A DNA stretch of 33,000 nucleotides from Octopus sinensis (lineage: Eukaryota): contig NC_043012.1 of the NCBI RefSeq assembly GCF_006345805.1, positions 48,763,001 through 48,796,000 of the forward strand, given 5' to 3'. The notes under the pieces were generated by a model that was not told the origin of the DNA, did no database searches, and saw nothing but the letters and a program-made list of their open reading frames with translations. Shown one piece after another: positions 1-11,639 of the stretch. The position numbers and the translations under genes are program-made. Within the stretch, counting starts at the first letter, position 1; each line of letters begins with the position of its first letter.

Positions 1-80
1 GTAATCGACTTAATCCGTTTGTCTGTCCTTGTTTGTCCCCGCTATGTTAAGCCCCTTGTGGGCAATAAATAAATAAGAAA
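1..80 (+). mobile_element. 3' end of a SINE (type C-related), cut by the window edge
   Basis: Starts gtaatcgacttaatcc, matching gtaatcgatttatcc near the 3' end of the SINE at 9061-9266, and ends in an (aaat/aaag)n tail. Confidence 0.55.
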
Positions 81-457
81 GCTAGCTGCATATCTCACTA
101 TTTAGTTTCTATAAGTGGGGTACATTGTTCAGTATTAAGAACTGGAAATCATATCTGTTCACGGTTGTTCTTGACCTGATCAAGCAAACCTGTGATCAGA
201 TATATTCCAGCCTTGCCCATCTCATGTTATTTTAGACATTGTATATTTTGTACTACATTATCCAATATATCTTTTCTTAAGACGTTGGAATATGATTTGA
301 AGGTTATTTTATCGTTATTTTGTTATAGGCTGAGCATTCATGGAGAGTACCCCTCGGTGGTACGTTGTGCGGGCATTACATTTGCTGTAGAGCAAGCATT
401 GCATACATTTCTACTTCGTTTTTAATCTTTTCATTAGCAGACCTTATGATATATTGT

Positions 458-669
458 CATCCTGTACTTGTTTCAGTCATTAGACTGCGGCCATGCTAGG
501 GCACTGCTTTGACATTTTAGTCGAAGAAGTCGACCCCAGTACTCATTCTTTTCTAAGCCTGGGACTTATTCTATCGGCCACTATGTTATAGGAACATAAA
601 CGCACCGACACCGGTTGTCAAGCGGTGGTGGAAAACAAACACAGATACAAAGATACACGCATAGATGCA
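458..669 (-). mobile_element. SINE type A, 3' half
   Basis: Reverse complement matches 10530-10735 (cgcttgacaaccg...gaataagt...ggggtcgac...gcatggccgcagtc...tgactgaaacaagta). Confidence 0.85.
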
Positions 670-885
670 TACGACGGGTACTGAAAAGTTCATGGCTTTA
701 AAGATCTCGCAAAAGGCCTGGCTGGAGGTCCGAACTTCCGAGTTCTTTTACAGGGCTTGGGGAAAATGAAGGACCACTGTAATAAGTGCGTGAATCTGAG
801 AGGGGAACATATTGAACAAAATCATAACTGACCATCTTGTATTTACTTTTACCCAAAGCCAAGAACTTTCCTGCGCCGCTTCGTG
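670..885 (+). mobile_element. Mariner-derived MITE / internally deleted element
   Basis: Decayed TIRs (tacgacgggtactgaaaagttcatggcttt versus aaagccaagaactttcctgcgccgcttcgtg). 751-831 translates QGLGKMKDHCNKCVNLRGEHIEQNHN*, resembling a mariner transposase C-terminus (G..KL..RW.KC....GEY.E). Confidence 0.75.
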
Positions 886-892
886 TGTGTGT

Positions 893-939
<47 letters not shown>

Positions 940-954
940 TATATATATATATAT

Positions 955-997
<43 letters not shown>

Positions 998-998
998 A
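886..998. repeat. (TA)n/(TG)n compound microsatellite
   Basis: Direct reading. Confidence 0.95.
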
Positions 999-1105
999 TA
1001 AATAAGAGACGAAGATGGATAAAGCAACAATGGGAAACTCATGGTTTACGTTGTATGTCTTTAATTAAATAGGTAACAAAGAACGAAGAAGCAGAGATGA
1101 GGGTG

Positions 1106-1156
1106 GCATTTAAGATCGTTTCGATGTACTGGAGTAAGTAAATCTCTTCAGAATGC
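1106..1156 (-). ncRNA. Type I hammerhead ribozyme motif (repeat family G), canonical core, one stem III mismatch
   Basis: Minus strand reads GCATT-CTGAAGA-GATTTACTTACTCCAGTACATC-GAA-ACGATCTT-A-AATGC. Stem I GCATT/AATGC; stem II GAT/ATC plus TACT/AGTA; stem III is one base from the palindrome ACGATCGT. Confidence 0.7.
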
Positions 1157-1447
1157 GAGTAATAGATAGATGCATTGGTTTAGGATGCGAAAATGATTGA
1201 TACATATGTGACGGTAATGTAAACAAATTGGTAATTCTTACATTCAAATTTTGTTCTTGCACTGGTAAATTCGCTTGGTAGAGGTTTACTTTTGGTAGAT
1301 TGGTTAGTTTCGTTGGGTAATTAGGGTAGGGTGAGTATTATTTAGGTGCGGGTTACCACGTTTAATTAAGCACATTTTTTCTCACGTGTTCATCTTGCAT
1401 TACAGATTTTGACACAGTTACATACATACATACATACATACATATGC

Positions 1448-1501
<54 letters not shown>

Positions 1502-1504
<3 letters not shown>

Positions 1505-1618
1505 TCACAAGGCTATAGTTGAGAAGAGGCTATAGTGGAAGTTATTTGCCCAAGGTGCTATGCAGTGGGACTGAACTTGGAACCATGTTGTTGGGAACCC
1601 AGCATCTTACCACACAAA
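1502..1618 (-). mobile_element. SINE type A, tRNA-like head and central domain
   Basis: Reverse complement matches 10112-10240 (tgtggtaag...caa...atggttccaagttcagtcccactgc...gcaccttgggcaa). Confidence 0.8.
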
Positions 1619-2151
1619 GACCATCGATCTACAGCGTCACATGTGGCCCATGTACTGCAGCTGGTCTTAGTTTATTGTTGAGTATTATTAACTCTGAAGT
1701 CGATGACTTTTCTTTGATTAAAATCGAAGAATTTTGCATAACAGCGATAGCCAAAAGAAAGTTGCATTTCTTTGGCGGAACCGGCCAAAATATTAGTCTC
1801 TGTACAACGTAGTTCAGAAGCGCTCACATCGTCAGTTCTGGTTTCAATTCGCTTTATACTCACGTTGACCACAATGAGCCTATCTGGTGACTAACTTTAT
1901 AGCTTTATATAGGTTAGATATGACTTTGGCAATATTATATTCATAACAGATGTTCAAGAACGTTTTAATTCTTCTGCTGCGGTAAAACAACAACAACAGC
2001 AACAATAACGAAATCAAAAATGTCTTTGTATGTTGAAGTCCTGACATTGTAAAGAAAATAAGGGTTGACATTAAAGATTAACGGATATTCTAAGAATCCA
2101 GAATTTGCAGGGAGCATGATGGGTTCAGCTGTGTATACGCGTACACGTATG

Positions 2152-2183
<32 letters not shown>

Positions 2184-2184
2184 A

Positions 2185-2560
2185 GTACGCATGTATGTAT
2201 GTGTGTATGCATATCTATATGCATGTATGTATGTGTGTGTGTATGTGAAAATGTATTTATGTATGTATGCATGCATGTATGTGTACGCATGTATGTATGT
2301 GTGTATGCATATCTATATGCATGTATGTATGTGTATATATGTGTATGTGAAAATGTATATATGTATGTATGCATGTATGTGTACGCATGTATGTATGTGT
2401 GTATGCATATCTATATGCATGTATGTGTGTACATGTGTATGTGAATATATATATATATATATATGTATGTATGCATGTGTACGCATGTATGTGTGTGTGC
2501 ATGCATATCTATATGCATGTATGTATGTGTGTGTGTGTATCTGAAAATGTATGCATGTAC
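2185..2560. repeat. 98-bp period minisatellite built from TATG/TG/TA motifs, about 4 copies
   Basis: gtacgc at 2185, 2283, 2381, 2479 and atatctatat at 2211, 2309, 2407, 2505. Confidence 0.9.
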
Positions 2561-3089
2561 ATGTGTGTATGTACGTATGCATATATGGAAAGAGCGAGCA
2601 AGAAAGAGATAGATAATTAGATAAATAGATAGAGAGTGTGTGAGAGAGATGAGAGAGAGGGTGGAGGGAGGGGGGAGAACCTGAGAGAGAATGCTGTGTG
2701 CGTATTTTCAATAAGACTGTATTATACAGAGAACATGGTATTGTGTATATACAATGCACATCAAAAATAGACACGTGGCGTCTGTTTTCTGCATGTGATT
2801 AATTCACTATTAGTTATGAAACTAACAGATAATGTACTTTCATTGATAAACACACACACACATTCACATACACAGACACGGACACATGTTACACCACCAC
2901 CAAACACGCACACACTCATGCACACACTATGTTCAACACAAAGACATTGACAAAGCCATACACTCATCCATATGTACATGCATACACAGAAACACACTGA
3001 TCTATCTATCTATCTATCCATCTATCCGTCTATCTATCTATCTATCTATCTATCCATCTATCTATCTATTCCCCCCTTTCTCTCTCTCG

Positions 3090-3127
<38 letters not shown>

Positions 3128-3131
<4 letters not shown>

Positions 3132-3285
3132 GCAGGAGTGGCTGTGTGCTAAGAAGCTTGCTACCAACCACATGGTTCAGTCCCACTTTGTGGCACCTTG
3201 GGCAAGTGTCTTCTGCTATAGCCTCGGGCCGACCAAAGCCTTGTGAGAGGATTTGGGAGACGGAGTCTGAAAGAAGCCCGTCGTA

Positions 3286-3287
<2 letters not shown>
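3128..3287 (+). mobile_element. SINE type A, 5' half
   Basis: agacgcaggagtggctgtgtg...ttcagtcccac...ggcaccttgggcaagtgtcttc...gaaagaagcccgtcg then (TA)n; collinear with 10112-10273. Confidence 0.9.
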
Positions 3288-3353
<66 letters not shown>

Positions 3354-3397
3354 AAAACTTACTTCGAGGATAAGAAACGAAACGACGCGAGGCGCTC

Positions 3398-3495
3398 GTA
3401 TGTATGTATGTATGTATGTATGTATGTATGTATGTATGTATGTGTATGTATGTATGTATGTATGTATGTATGTATGTATGTATGTATGTATATGT
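3398..3495. repeat. (TATG)n microsatellite
   Basis: Direct reading. Confidence 0.95.
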
Positions 3496-3667
3496 TTGTG
3501 TGACTGGTCAATGGGTTCTGTTCGTGACCACGTGGTTCAGTATTTCGTTAATACCATATTTGTAGACGGAAAGAAGCCTATCACGTGTATATATGCATGC
3601 GCACGTGCGTGCACGTATATGTGTATAAATGTGTATGTATATGTGTGTGTGTGTGTGTATGTGTGCA

Positions 3668-3702
<35 letters not shown>

Positions 3703-3889
3703 TGTAGGCATAATGTGTGTGTGTGTGTGCGTGATATGTAGATATATATATGTATGCATGTAGGCATGATATGTGTGAGTGTGTGTATGTGTGTGTGCGT
3801 GTGTGTACCTAAACAAGTACATAAATACAAAAGAAGGTGCAAAAATAGTAGTCGAATACCAGAGGTAGAGTAATATACCGAAGACCCGC

Positions 3890-4920
3890 ACTCTAACCTA
3901 GATCCAAGGCTACTTCATTGAAATTTCGACTTCAACAACAGGGTATTTTTAGTTGTTTGTATGTATGTATATATGTATGTATATGCGCAGATTTGTATGT
4001 TCTCATGCATATAGTTGCATATCTAGACATGCTCATATATATTTAAATGATAAACTTCTGGGAAAGTTTACAGAATTTTACAGTTCCAGTGATGGACTGG
4101 CTCTGTAGTCTTCGAATTAGCTTTCTTCTTTCTGGTTTTGAGGAGCCTAATTTCCCAAGATTGGTATTTGGGCAGTGTGTCACATATCCCAGGGCTCCAG
4201 TATTTACAGGTATAAACTTGAACTTGTAATCTAGATAGAGTAACTGCATATTTCTCAATAGTTCAGATTTCTCTTTTTTATGTTAACTTCCATTGGGAAA
4301 CTAATTTCCATAACTGTACAGTTTCTCTTCTCTATCCCAAATCATTATATCAGGTCTATTGTGCTAACATTTTATTGAGGTTTTCACTGGGACATTCCAC
4401 CAGCACTCCTTTTTATTATGAGTGGCTATGGTTTCTATCATATTGTGGGTTCTTATCTCTTTGTCCTCGGAGTTATCTTTCCGACAGATTTCATTATAGG
4501 GTATCCTAACTACAGCATAACGTCTCATCGGTAGAAAATATCATGATGACATTTTCGGACAACTGCTTATGATGTAGATGACAGCTTCAGTGTTAACTCC
4601 ACAAAGTCTGCATCAGTTGTTACATTTTACTGTTTTTTCTGCATCTCTATCCCTTTTGTGCATCAGGTATTTGGTTGATATTTCCAGTTCCTGGATTGCA
4701 AGCGCATACCGTTCAAAGTGGGAGGTAGTGATCCGGCAATTGGTCCATGATAGACTGCTTTGGTGCATAGTCTTCTGCTCATATAGACTCATCCTTTCAT
4801 CTGATGATATGTTGCGGTAGAGTCGTGCGACATCTTTGGGCATGTATTTAAGTTTATCAGACAAGGAATGTTGCCAAGTATTATGATGTTTTCAGGCATG
4901 TTTTACTATTCTCGTAGGGA
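3890..4920 (-). mobile_element. Decayed RLE-type non-LTR retrotransposon (R4/Dong-like), 3' end
   Basis: Minus translation with stops and frameshifts: FERYALAIQELEISTKYL...NN*CRLCGVNTEAVIYIISSCPKMSS*YFLPMRRYAV...WWNVPVKTSIKC*HNRPDIMIWDREEK/CTVMEISFP...FIPVNTGALGYV...GTVKFCK, i.e. degenerate CCHC knuckle, RHD-like motif and PD-(D/E)xK-type restriction-like endonuclease. ORF ends at 4043; 3' UTR extent is uncertain. Confidence 0.88.
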
Positions 4921-5282
4921 ATGTTTTTTGATCTCATCTATAATCTCAAAAATTCATTGATGCCAAATCTAGAGAATAGAATGTTTGAAAAGGAGAGATA
5001 TCTTGTATTTTGCTGAAATTCTGGAGTGGTGACGAATGCCATATAGTGGTTCACTATCCAGACTTTCACAGAGAAAAAATAGAAGCTTATGGTTATTTAC
5101 AATGTATATAAATTAGGACTCGACTACACTGGTCAGTTTAAAATGCTAAGATGGGTACGTTCTTTGTAAACTAAGATTTGGCGAATCTTCGAAGTTACTG
5201 CGAAATTTGGAAAAATTAATTCTTAATTCTAACGTACTGTGTTCTTTATTTAGTCAATATCTTATTTTCGTTTTATGCATAG

Positions 5283-5600
5283 AAACCCCTTTCGGTCATG
5301 AGTAACCATAGGATTGCATCTAGAAAGTTACCTTCCGAGGCACAAGTCTGGGCAAGGTTGCTTATGGAAGACCAGCAGTCGTCCATTCATACCAGCTTTC
5401 TCTCTCCACGCCACCGATGTCATCCAAGGAAAAGGCTTGGTACCAATGACTTCGCGAGTCATTTCTACGGCTGAGTGAACTGGAGCAACGGGAAATGAAG
5501 TGTCTTGCTCAAGAACACAACACACAGCTCGGTCCGAGAATCGAACTCACTACTTCATGATTGTGAGCCCGACGCTCTAACTGCTGAGCCATGTGGCCTT
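5283..5600 (-). mobile_element. tRNA-derived SINE, type B variant with long 3' body
   Basis: Minus strand has A-box tggctcagcagttagagc, B-box gagttcgattc, then tgttgtgttcttgagcaagacactt...ttgctccagttcactcagc; the body differs from the copies at 17669-17914 and 20374-20624. Confidence 0.85.
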
Positions 5601-7058
5601 TACGTATAAAGACATCTGTCCATCTATCCATTCATCCATCAGTCCATCCACACACCCATTCATCCATTGCTTTATATATCTTTCCGTCCGTTCGTCTGTC
5701 TGTCTCGATCTCTGTCTGTCTGTCTGTCTGTCTCTCTCTATCTCTCTATTTATCTCAATTTATGTGTGTGTATGTTTGTGTGTGTGTATGTGTGTGCATG
5801 TGTGGGTGTATAAGTACATACTAGGATGTAATTATGTATTTATATTTGTTTTAATGATATAACCCAGAAATGCATTATTTACTGTTTGGGAGAGATAGAA
5901 TCATGCCAGTGAGTAGGTGATTTGATTTCAGCTCTTCTAAATGCATGCTTTGGGTGAATGTTTACCAACTTCGTATCTTTTTTAAAAAAATTCTATATTG
6001 CGTGCGTGCGATAATGAACGCGATATTGCTTAGACAAGTGTAACTCACCTTAGCATTTTGCACATTAAAAATGTATATAATATACATGTGCGCAAGAAAA
6101 ATTTTGCCAAGCTACGTATAGGAAATTAATATCCCAAAGTAAAAAAAAAACGGAGCTTACAGCTATTAACTTCAATGGAAGTTATATGATTCTCATGAAC
6201 TTCTTCAGGTTCAGGGAAATCGTTTTTTCCATCGAGAATTCGAGACAGGATTCTTCCCAGTTTGACTAGGAGGCATATATCGCTCTCTGATCTCCGTGAA
6301 AAACTGCACATATTGCAGCTTGCTGCATCCCTTTGCAAGAAAACTGTCATTCAACTGCTTCAAGCGTCGCTCTTGTCTCACCATCTTAAACCATAATATA
6401 TTAATACATTTCCATAAGGAAATGTATATATGTATACATGTATACACACGTGTGTTAGTGTATGTGTGTGTGAGTGTGTGTGTGTGTGTGTGTGTTTATG
6501 TGTGTGAATGATTTTTCTAATGTATACCGACAGCTTGCTGCTTTCCATTAAGTGGTAAATAAATTGTTTTCGTACTTCCACTAATGCGATGATTTCCGTA
6601 TCATTAGCTATTAATAACTTATATGAATTTTACTCCCACAGTCAGTACTGATATTTCCACAAAGAAAAAAATATCAACACTGGAATCTCTACACAGAACA
6701 GAGATTCCACTTCTGGTGATCATACTAAAGATTTTTCGTATCTTGAGCATTCTCCAGCCAAAGATTCCATGACTAGTCAGTAGCAGTCTCACCTAATAGC
6801 ATCCAGCAGTAAGCGGTAATTTCATCCAGTAGCAGTCAATACCATTCACCATTCACCATCTATCAATCCCATCATTTGAACTGAGTCAGTCAACGAAAAC
6901 GACGTTTACTCCTTATCTAGCGACAACTTATATAAAAGCAGAGAAAATATCACTAAGAATCGAGTATCCGAACAACCATAAGTCTTTCGTCTAATATCTG
7001 TGTAACTTTAAGCAATGCGAATCTGATCAAATACAAATGTAAACTCTAGATGCATTTC

Positions 7059-7135
<77 letters not shown>

Positions 7136-7734
7136 AATCTATCAATCTATCTATCTACCTATCTACATATACATATGCATACATACATACATACATACAT
7201 ACATACATACATACATACATACATACATACATACATGCATACGTACATACATGTATGAGTGATTATAATTTGTGTGTTTATGGAGTTATGCCAAGTTGGG
7301 CAGAAGTGCAATGGTTTAAGTTCTTCAACCAACAAAAGATCAAAGGGAATATTTTCTCATATACATACAAACCTACACACACATCTACACACATTCACTC
7401 ACACACATAATCACGTACTCACACATAGTGTACGCACACATGGTTACTATATTTATATATTGACTATATATTTATGTAGGTTTTTGTACATATATGCGTG
7501 GGTATGTGCTTAATTTTTTATTAACCCATTAATGAATATAATCTAAATATACCATATGAGCACAATAAAGGCCGTATGGTGAAAGGTCCATTTGCAGGCT
7601 CTTGATTCCCATTGCGCAGCATTTTCAGCATGTACTTTTATCATAGTCCTGAATCGACCCTAAGATTTTCTAAGTGGAATTCTGTAAACGGAAGCTATGC
7701 ACAATCCATTCGAATGGACTGTCATTGTTCTCAG

Positions 7735-7832
7735 ATGGTAGGAACGAACTTTCTAATGGTTGCCGGGGACCATCTTACGGTGTAACACCACAAACTGGCA
7801 CTAGGGTAACCATCAACGGGCTCCGCTTTGTG
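7735..7832 (+). CDS. Candidate 98-nt internal exon of an unidentified gene
   Basis: Acceptor tgtcattgttctcag| and donor TTTGTG|gtaagt; only one frame is open, (D)GRNELSNGCRGPSYGVTPQTGTRVTINGLRFV. No partner exon identified. Confidence 0.3.
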
Positions 7833-7959
7833 GTAAGTATTTGGGCAGACGAGATCTCCCCTATTTATATAATTACGCAGTAGGGTGTTTGATTTCCTAC
7901 GAAAGTGCATCCTCGGTGTTTGCTATACTACGTACTAACAATGGCGTACATGGAACCTT

Positions 7960-8118
7960 TCATTAATCTTCTTCCTCCTTTCTGTTTCTCTTCCACTTCC
8001 TCTTTCATTTCCTTCACCTCCTCCTCCTCTTCACCGCTATTCATTTACTCCATTTTTATAATTTCTTTCACAGCTCTCTTTCCTTTCACATGCTTTTCAG
8101 ATTGGCTCCATACTTCTT

Positions 8119-8154
<36 letters not shown>

Positions 8155-8455
8155 TCCCTTCGTTATACACCTTCCTTCTATACTTCCTTCCCTCTTTGTT
8201 CCTTTCTTCCTTCCTCATTTGTTTGCTTGTTTGTGTCATTCTTTTCTACTTCCTTTCTTTAACTTCTTTCCTTTCTTCGTGCACTACACACCTTCCTTCT
8301 CGTCTTTTTACCTTACTTTCTTAATTTCCTTCCTTCCTTCCTTACTTACTTTCTTCATTTCCTTCCTTCCTTCCTTCCTTACTTTCTTCATTTCCTTCTT
8401 CCTTCCTTACTTACTTACTTTCTTCATTTCCTTCCTTCTTTCCTTCCTTTATCTA
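7960..8455. repeat. Polypyrimidine low-complexity tract (CTTT, CCTT, CTTA units)
   Basis: About 500 nt of mostly C/T; tttcttcatttcc recurs at 8350, 8383 and 8419. Confidence 0.9.
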
Positions 8456-9060
8456 AACCGCCCATCACGCAAAGTTAACATGTATTTCATTTTCCCCCTA
8501 CATCATTATGGCTCATCGCGATAGTTGCCCTCTCCAGATCCCCAACCGCACCCACCCTCACCCCATCGCCTTACCACACAACAACAACAACAACTTAACT
8601 TTTATAAAAGACTAACATATATATAAAAAGGCAATTCAACAATAATCGTTCGCTTAACTTCTTCCACGTGTGATTTGTTCACAATTACTGAATGAAGGGC
8701 AAAGACGGCCTGGGGAGGAAATGAAGTGAGAGATAATATAGTAAGGTGAAGAACTAGTGAATTGTTAATAATCCAATCACAAGCTTCACTCTAACGGACA
8801 TGTTTTCTACTATTAAAAAAAGAAAAACATTTAGATCTGATCGGCCATGTCTAACTTAATAGTACCACCTGATAGAATCTATAAAGCCGTTTTTTGTACT
8901 ATGGGTCATTCAAGTAGGGTGTTGCTTTTGGCTGAGATATATCCATATACCCAGGTATAAGTGACTCATCTAGTATTACTTGAGGAATTTTTTGAAAGTG
9001 ATGGGATCTCATATTTTGATTTGTTTTTTGGGTTAATATTAAATAAAGCAAAAAGTCAAT

Positions 9061-9266
9061 GAGCAGGTAAAATCGTTTGCACACCGGGCAAAATGCTTAG
9101 TGTTATTTCGTCCGTCTTCACGTTCTGAGTTCAAATTCCGCCGAAGCCAAATTTGCCATTCATCCTTTCGGAATCAATAAAATAAGAACCTGTTGGGTGT
9201 TGGGGTTGATGTAATCGATTTATCCCCGACCCTGAATTTGTTGGCCTTGTGCAAAAACTTGACACC
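9061..9266 (+). mobile_element. SINE type C
   Basis: tRNA-like head with B-box-like gagttcaaattcc, then cattcatcctttcgga...ataaaataag...ggggttgatgtaatcgat; homologous to 27722-27916 and 30169-30252. Confidence 0.8.
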
Positions 9267-9850
9267 GATATGAAGTAGAACAGAGCTTGGTGAGACAAAG
9301 TAATTGTGTTGTAGTGTATTTACATGTTGTGAGACTCTATTGTGTTGTGATGTGTGTGCGTGTGTGTTGTAGCACAGGGTCTCATCTTAGATGAATTCTG
9401 AATTTGATGTTAAGGTCGTCTGGGGAATGCTGGTGGGTACACTCCCACAATGATGTACCGCTCACGCCGGCATTGAAGACAATAAAGTTTCGATGTTATA
9501 TTCGGAAGCCAAACTGGGTAAGGCTCCATCAGCTAAGGTTTAAATATTAGTTGGTGTTTATATTACGTCTATACGAGAGATGCTTTCTCAGAACGAATAT
9601 CACAGTATAGTGGGTTTCTTACGGTATATCCACATTAATTAGGATATACAGAATTTCTCACTCCCTCCCTCCTTCCCTCCCCTCTCTCTCTCTACATATA
9701 TACATGCATGTATTGTGTGTATTTGTATATATATATAAATATAAATATAAATAAATAAATATATATATATAATGTCAAAAATATGTATGTGCATATATAC
9801 ATACGTATATGTACATACTTACATGTATACGTATATACATATGCATATGT

Positions 9851-10090
9851 GGGCACAGGACATCACAGAACGTAAACAACATAAAATACGAAAACAGGAA
9901 TTAGGAAATACGAATACATGGAATAGGAACTATTTATTCGAACAACGAAAGAAACAAATGGAAAACAAGACAAGTAACACAAAGAACGACTCTTCATCAA
10001 TTGGGTATTTTTCTAATCCATATTTCGAGCAATTCACGACAAGATACGCCTTCGATAAAACAGTTACTCCCGCAAAGCAAATTAAATAAA
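9851..10090 (-). repeat. Dispersed repeat family D, copy 1
   Basis: Reverse complement aligns with 15958-16185 (aatttgctttgcggg...cgaaa...tga.gaag...tgatgtcctgtgcc). Strand is given relative to that copy. Confidence 0.75.
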
Positions 10091-10111
10091 ACTTGTGAGA
10101 CTGTATTGTGT

Positions 10112-10284
10112 AGGCGCAGGCGTGGCTGTGTGGTAAGAAGCTTGCATCCCAACCATATGGCTCCAGGTTCGGTCCCACTGTGTGGCACCATGGGAACATG
10201 TCTTCTACTTAACCTCGGGCCGACCAAACCATGCCAATGGATATGGTTCACGAAAACAGAAAGAAGTCCATTGTATATATATAT

Positions 10285-10360
<76 letters not shown>

Positions 10361-10368
10361 CAATATAT

Positions 10369-10414
<46 letters not shown>

Positions 10415-10735
10415 ATACAATATGTGTGTGTGTGTGCATATATATATATAATATATATATATATGTGTGTGTGTGTGAGTGTGTGTGTGTCTGTGTGTAT
10501 GTATGTATGCATGTATATCTTTGTGTGTGTGTGTTTGTCTCCCCACCATCGCTTGACAACCGATGTCGGTGTGCTTATGTCCCCATAACTTAGTGGTTCG
10601 GCAGAAGAGACCGACAGAATAAGTCCTAGGCTTACAAGGAACAAGTCCTGGGGGATCGAGTTGCTCGACTAAAAGGTGGTGCCTCAGCATGCTCGCAGTC
10701 AAATGACTGAAACAAGTAAAAGAATAAAAGAATAT
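10112..10735 (+). mobile_element. Full-length SINE type A with expanded central microsatellite
   Basis: Head aggcgcaggcgtggctgtgtggtaagaag, ggttcggtccc B-box-like motif, central (TA)n/(TG)n at about 10273-10530, 3' half ending tgactgaaacaagtaaaagaataaaagaata. Confidence 0.92.
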
Positions 10736-10739
10736 AAGT

Positions 10740-10765
10740 GTGTGTGTGTGTGTGTGTGAGAGAGG

Positions 10766-10836
<71 letters not shown>
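10740..10836. repeat. (GT)n-(GA)n compound microsatellite
   Basis: Direct reading. Confidence 0.95.
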
Positions 10837-10839
<3 letters not shown>

Positions 10840-11069
10840 CTCGTCGTATACATGTGCTCGTGTGTGTTTGTGTTTATTTCCTACTACCGCTTGAGAACCG
10901 GCATTGGTGTGTTTACGTCTCCAGAACCCAGCGGTTCAGACGATAGAATAAGTAGAAGGCTTAAAACGTAAAATAAGTACTGGTGTCGGTTAGTTCCACT
11001 AAAATTCCTCGAGGTGGTGCCCCAGCATGGCCGCAGTCTAATGCCTGAAACAAGTAATGGATAAAAGAT
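10836..11069 (+). mobile_element. SINE type A, 3' half
   Basis: ccgcttgagaaccgg...ggtgtgtttacgtc...gatagaataagta...ggtggtgccccagcatggccgcagtc...tgaaacaagtaatggataaaagata. Confidence 0.85.
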
Positions 11070-11580
11070 ACATACATACATACATACATACATACATACA
11101 TACATACACACACATACATACATACACACATACATACATACATGCATACATACACACATACATTCATACATACATACATACATACATACATACATACATA
11201 CACACACATACATACATACACACATACATACATACATGCATACATACACACATACACACATACATACACACATACATACATACACACACACATACATACA
11301 TACATACATACACACACATACATACATACATACATATATATACATGCATACATACATACATACACACACATACATACATACATACATACACACATACATA
11401 CATACATGCATGCATGCATACACACACATGCATACATACACACATACATACATATACATGCATACATACATACGTACATACATGCACATACATACATACA
11501 TATTTACATACATACATAAATGCATACACACACATACATACATACATACATACATACATACATACATACATACATACATA
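11066..11580. repeat. Degenerate (TACA)n/(CA)n array
   Basis: Direct reading; source of the long MYVC/HTYI pseudo-ORFs. Confidence 0.95.
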
Positions 11581-11639
11581 CGCAGGTACATAAATTCTAA
11601 TCCTAGTCGAATAACCAACTCGAGACAATTGCTTTTAAG

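Noticed and set aside
1672-2130. Protein-like minus-strand ORFs (AEPIMLPANSGFLEYPL..., MQLSFGYRCYAKFF...)
   Set aside because: No consistent splice pair encloses an open frame, and no homology was recognised.
2185-2560. CRISPR-like regular spacing
   Set aside because: Whole units repeat with no unique spacers, and the context is eukaryotic with no cas genes.
5520-5600. tRNA gene calls at SINE heads
   Set aside because: A and B boxes are present, but the heads run into SINE bodies and do not form a full cloverleaf.
6161-6348. Minus-strand exon-like ORF ending at an agct|gtaagc donor
   Set aside because: No convincing acceptor in the open frame and no recognisable homology.
6640-6990. Coding-like composition (STQNRDSTSGDHTKDFSYLEHSPAKDS)
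   Set aside because: Stops occur in all frames and no family is recognisable.
9391-9517. Exon-like segment with in-frame TGA (MNSEFDVKVVWGMLVGTLPQ*CTAHAG...), possible selenocysteine
   Set aside because: No recognisable selenoprotein homology or SECIS; other frames and the opposite strand are equally plausible.
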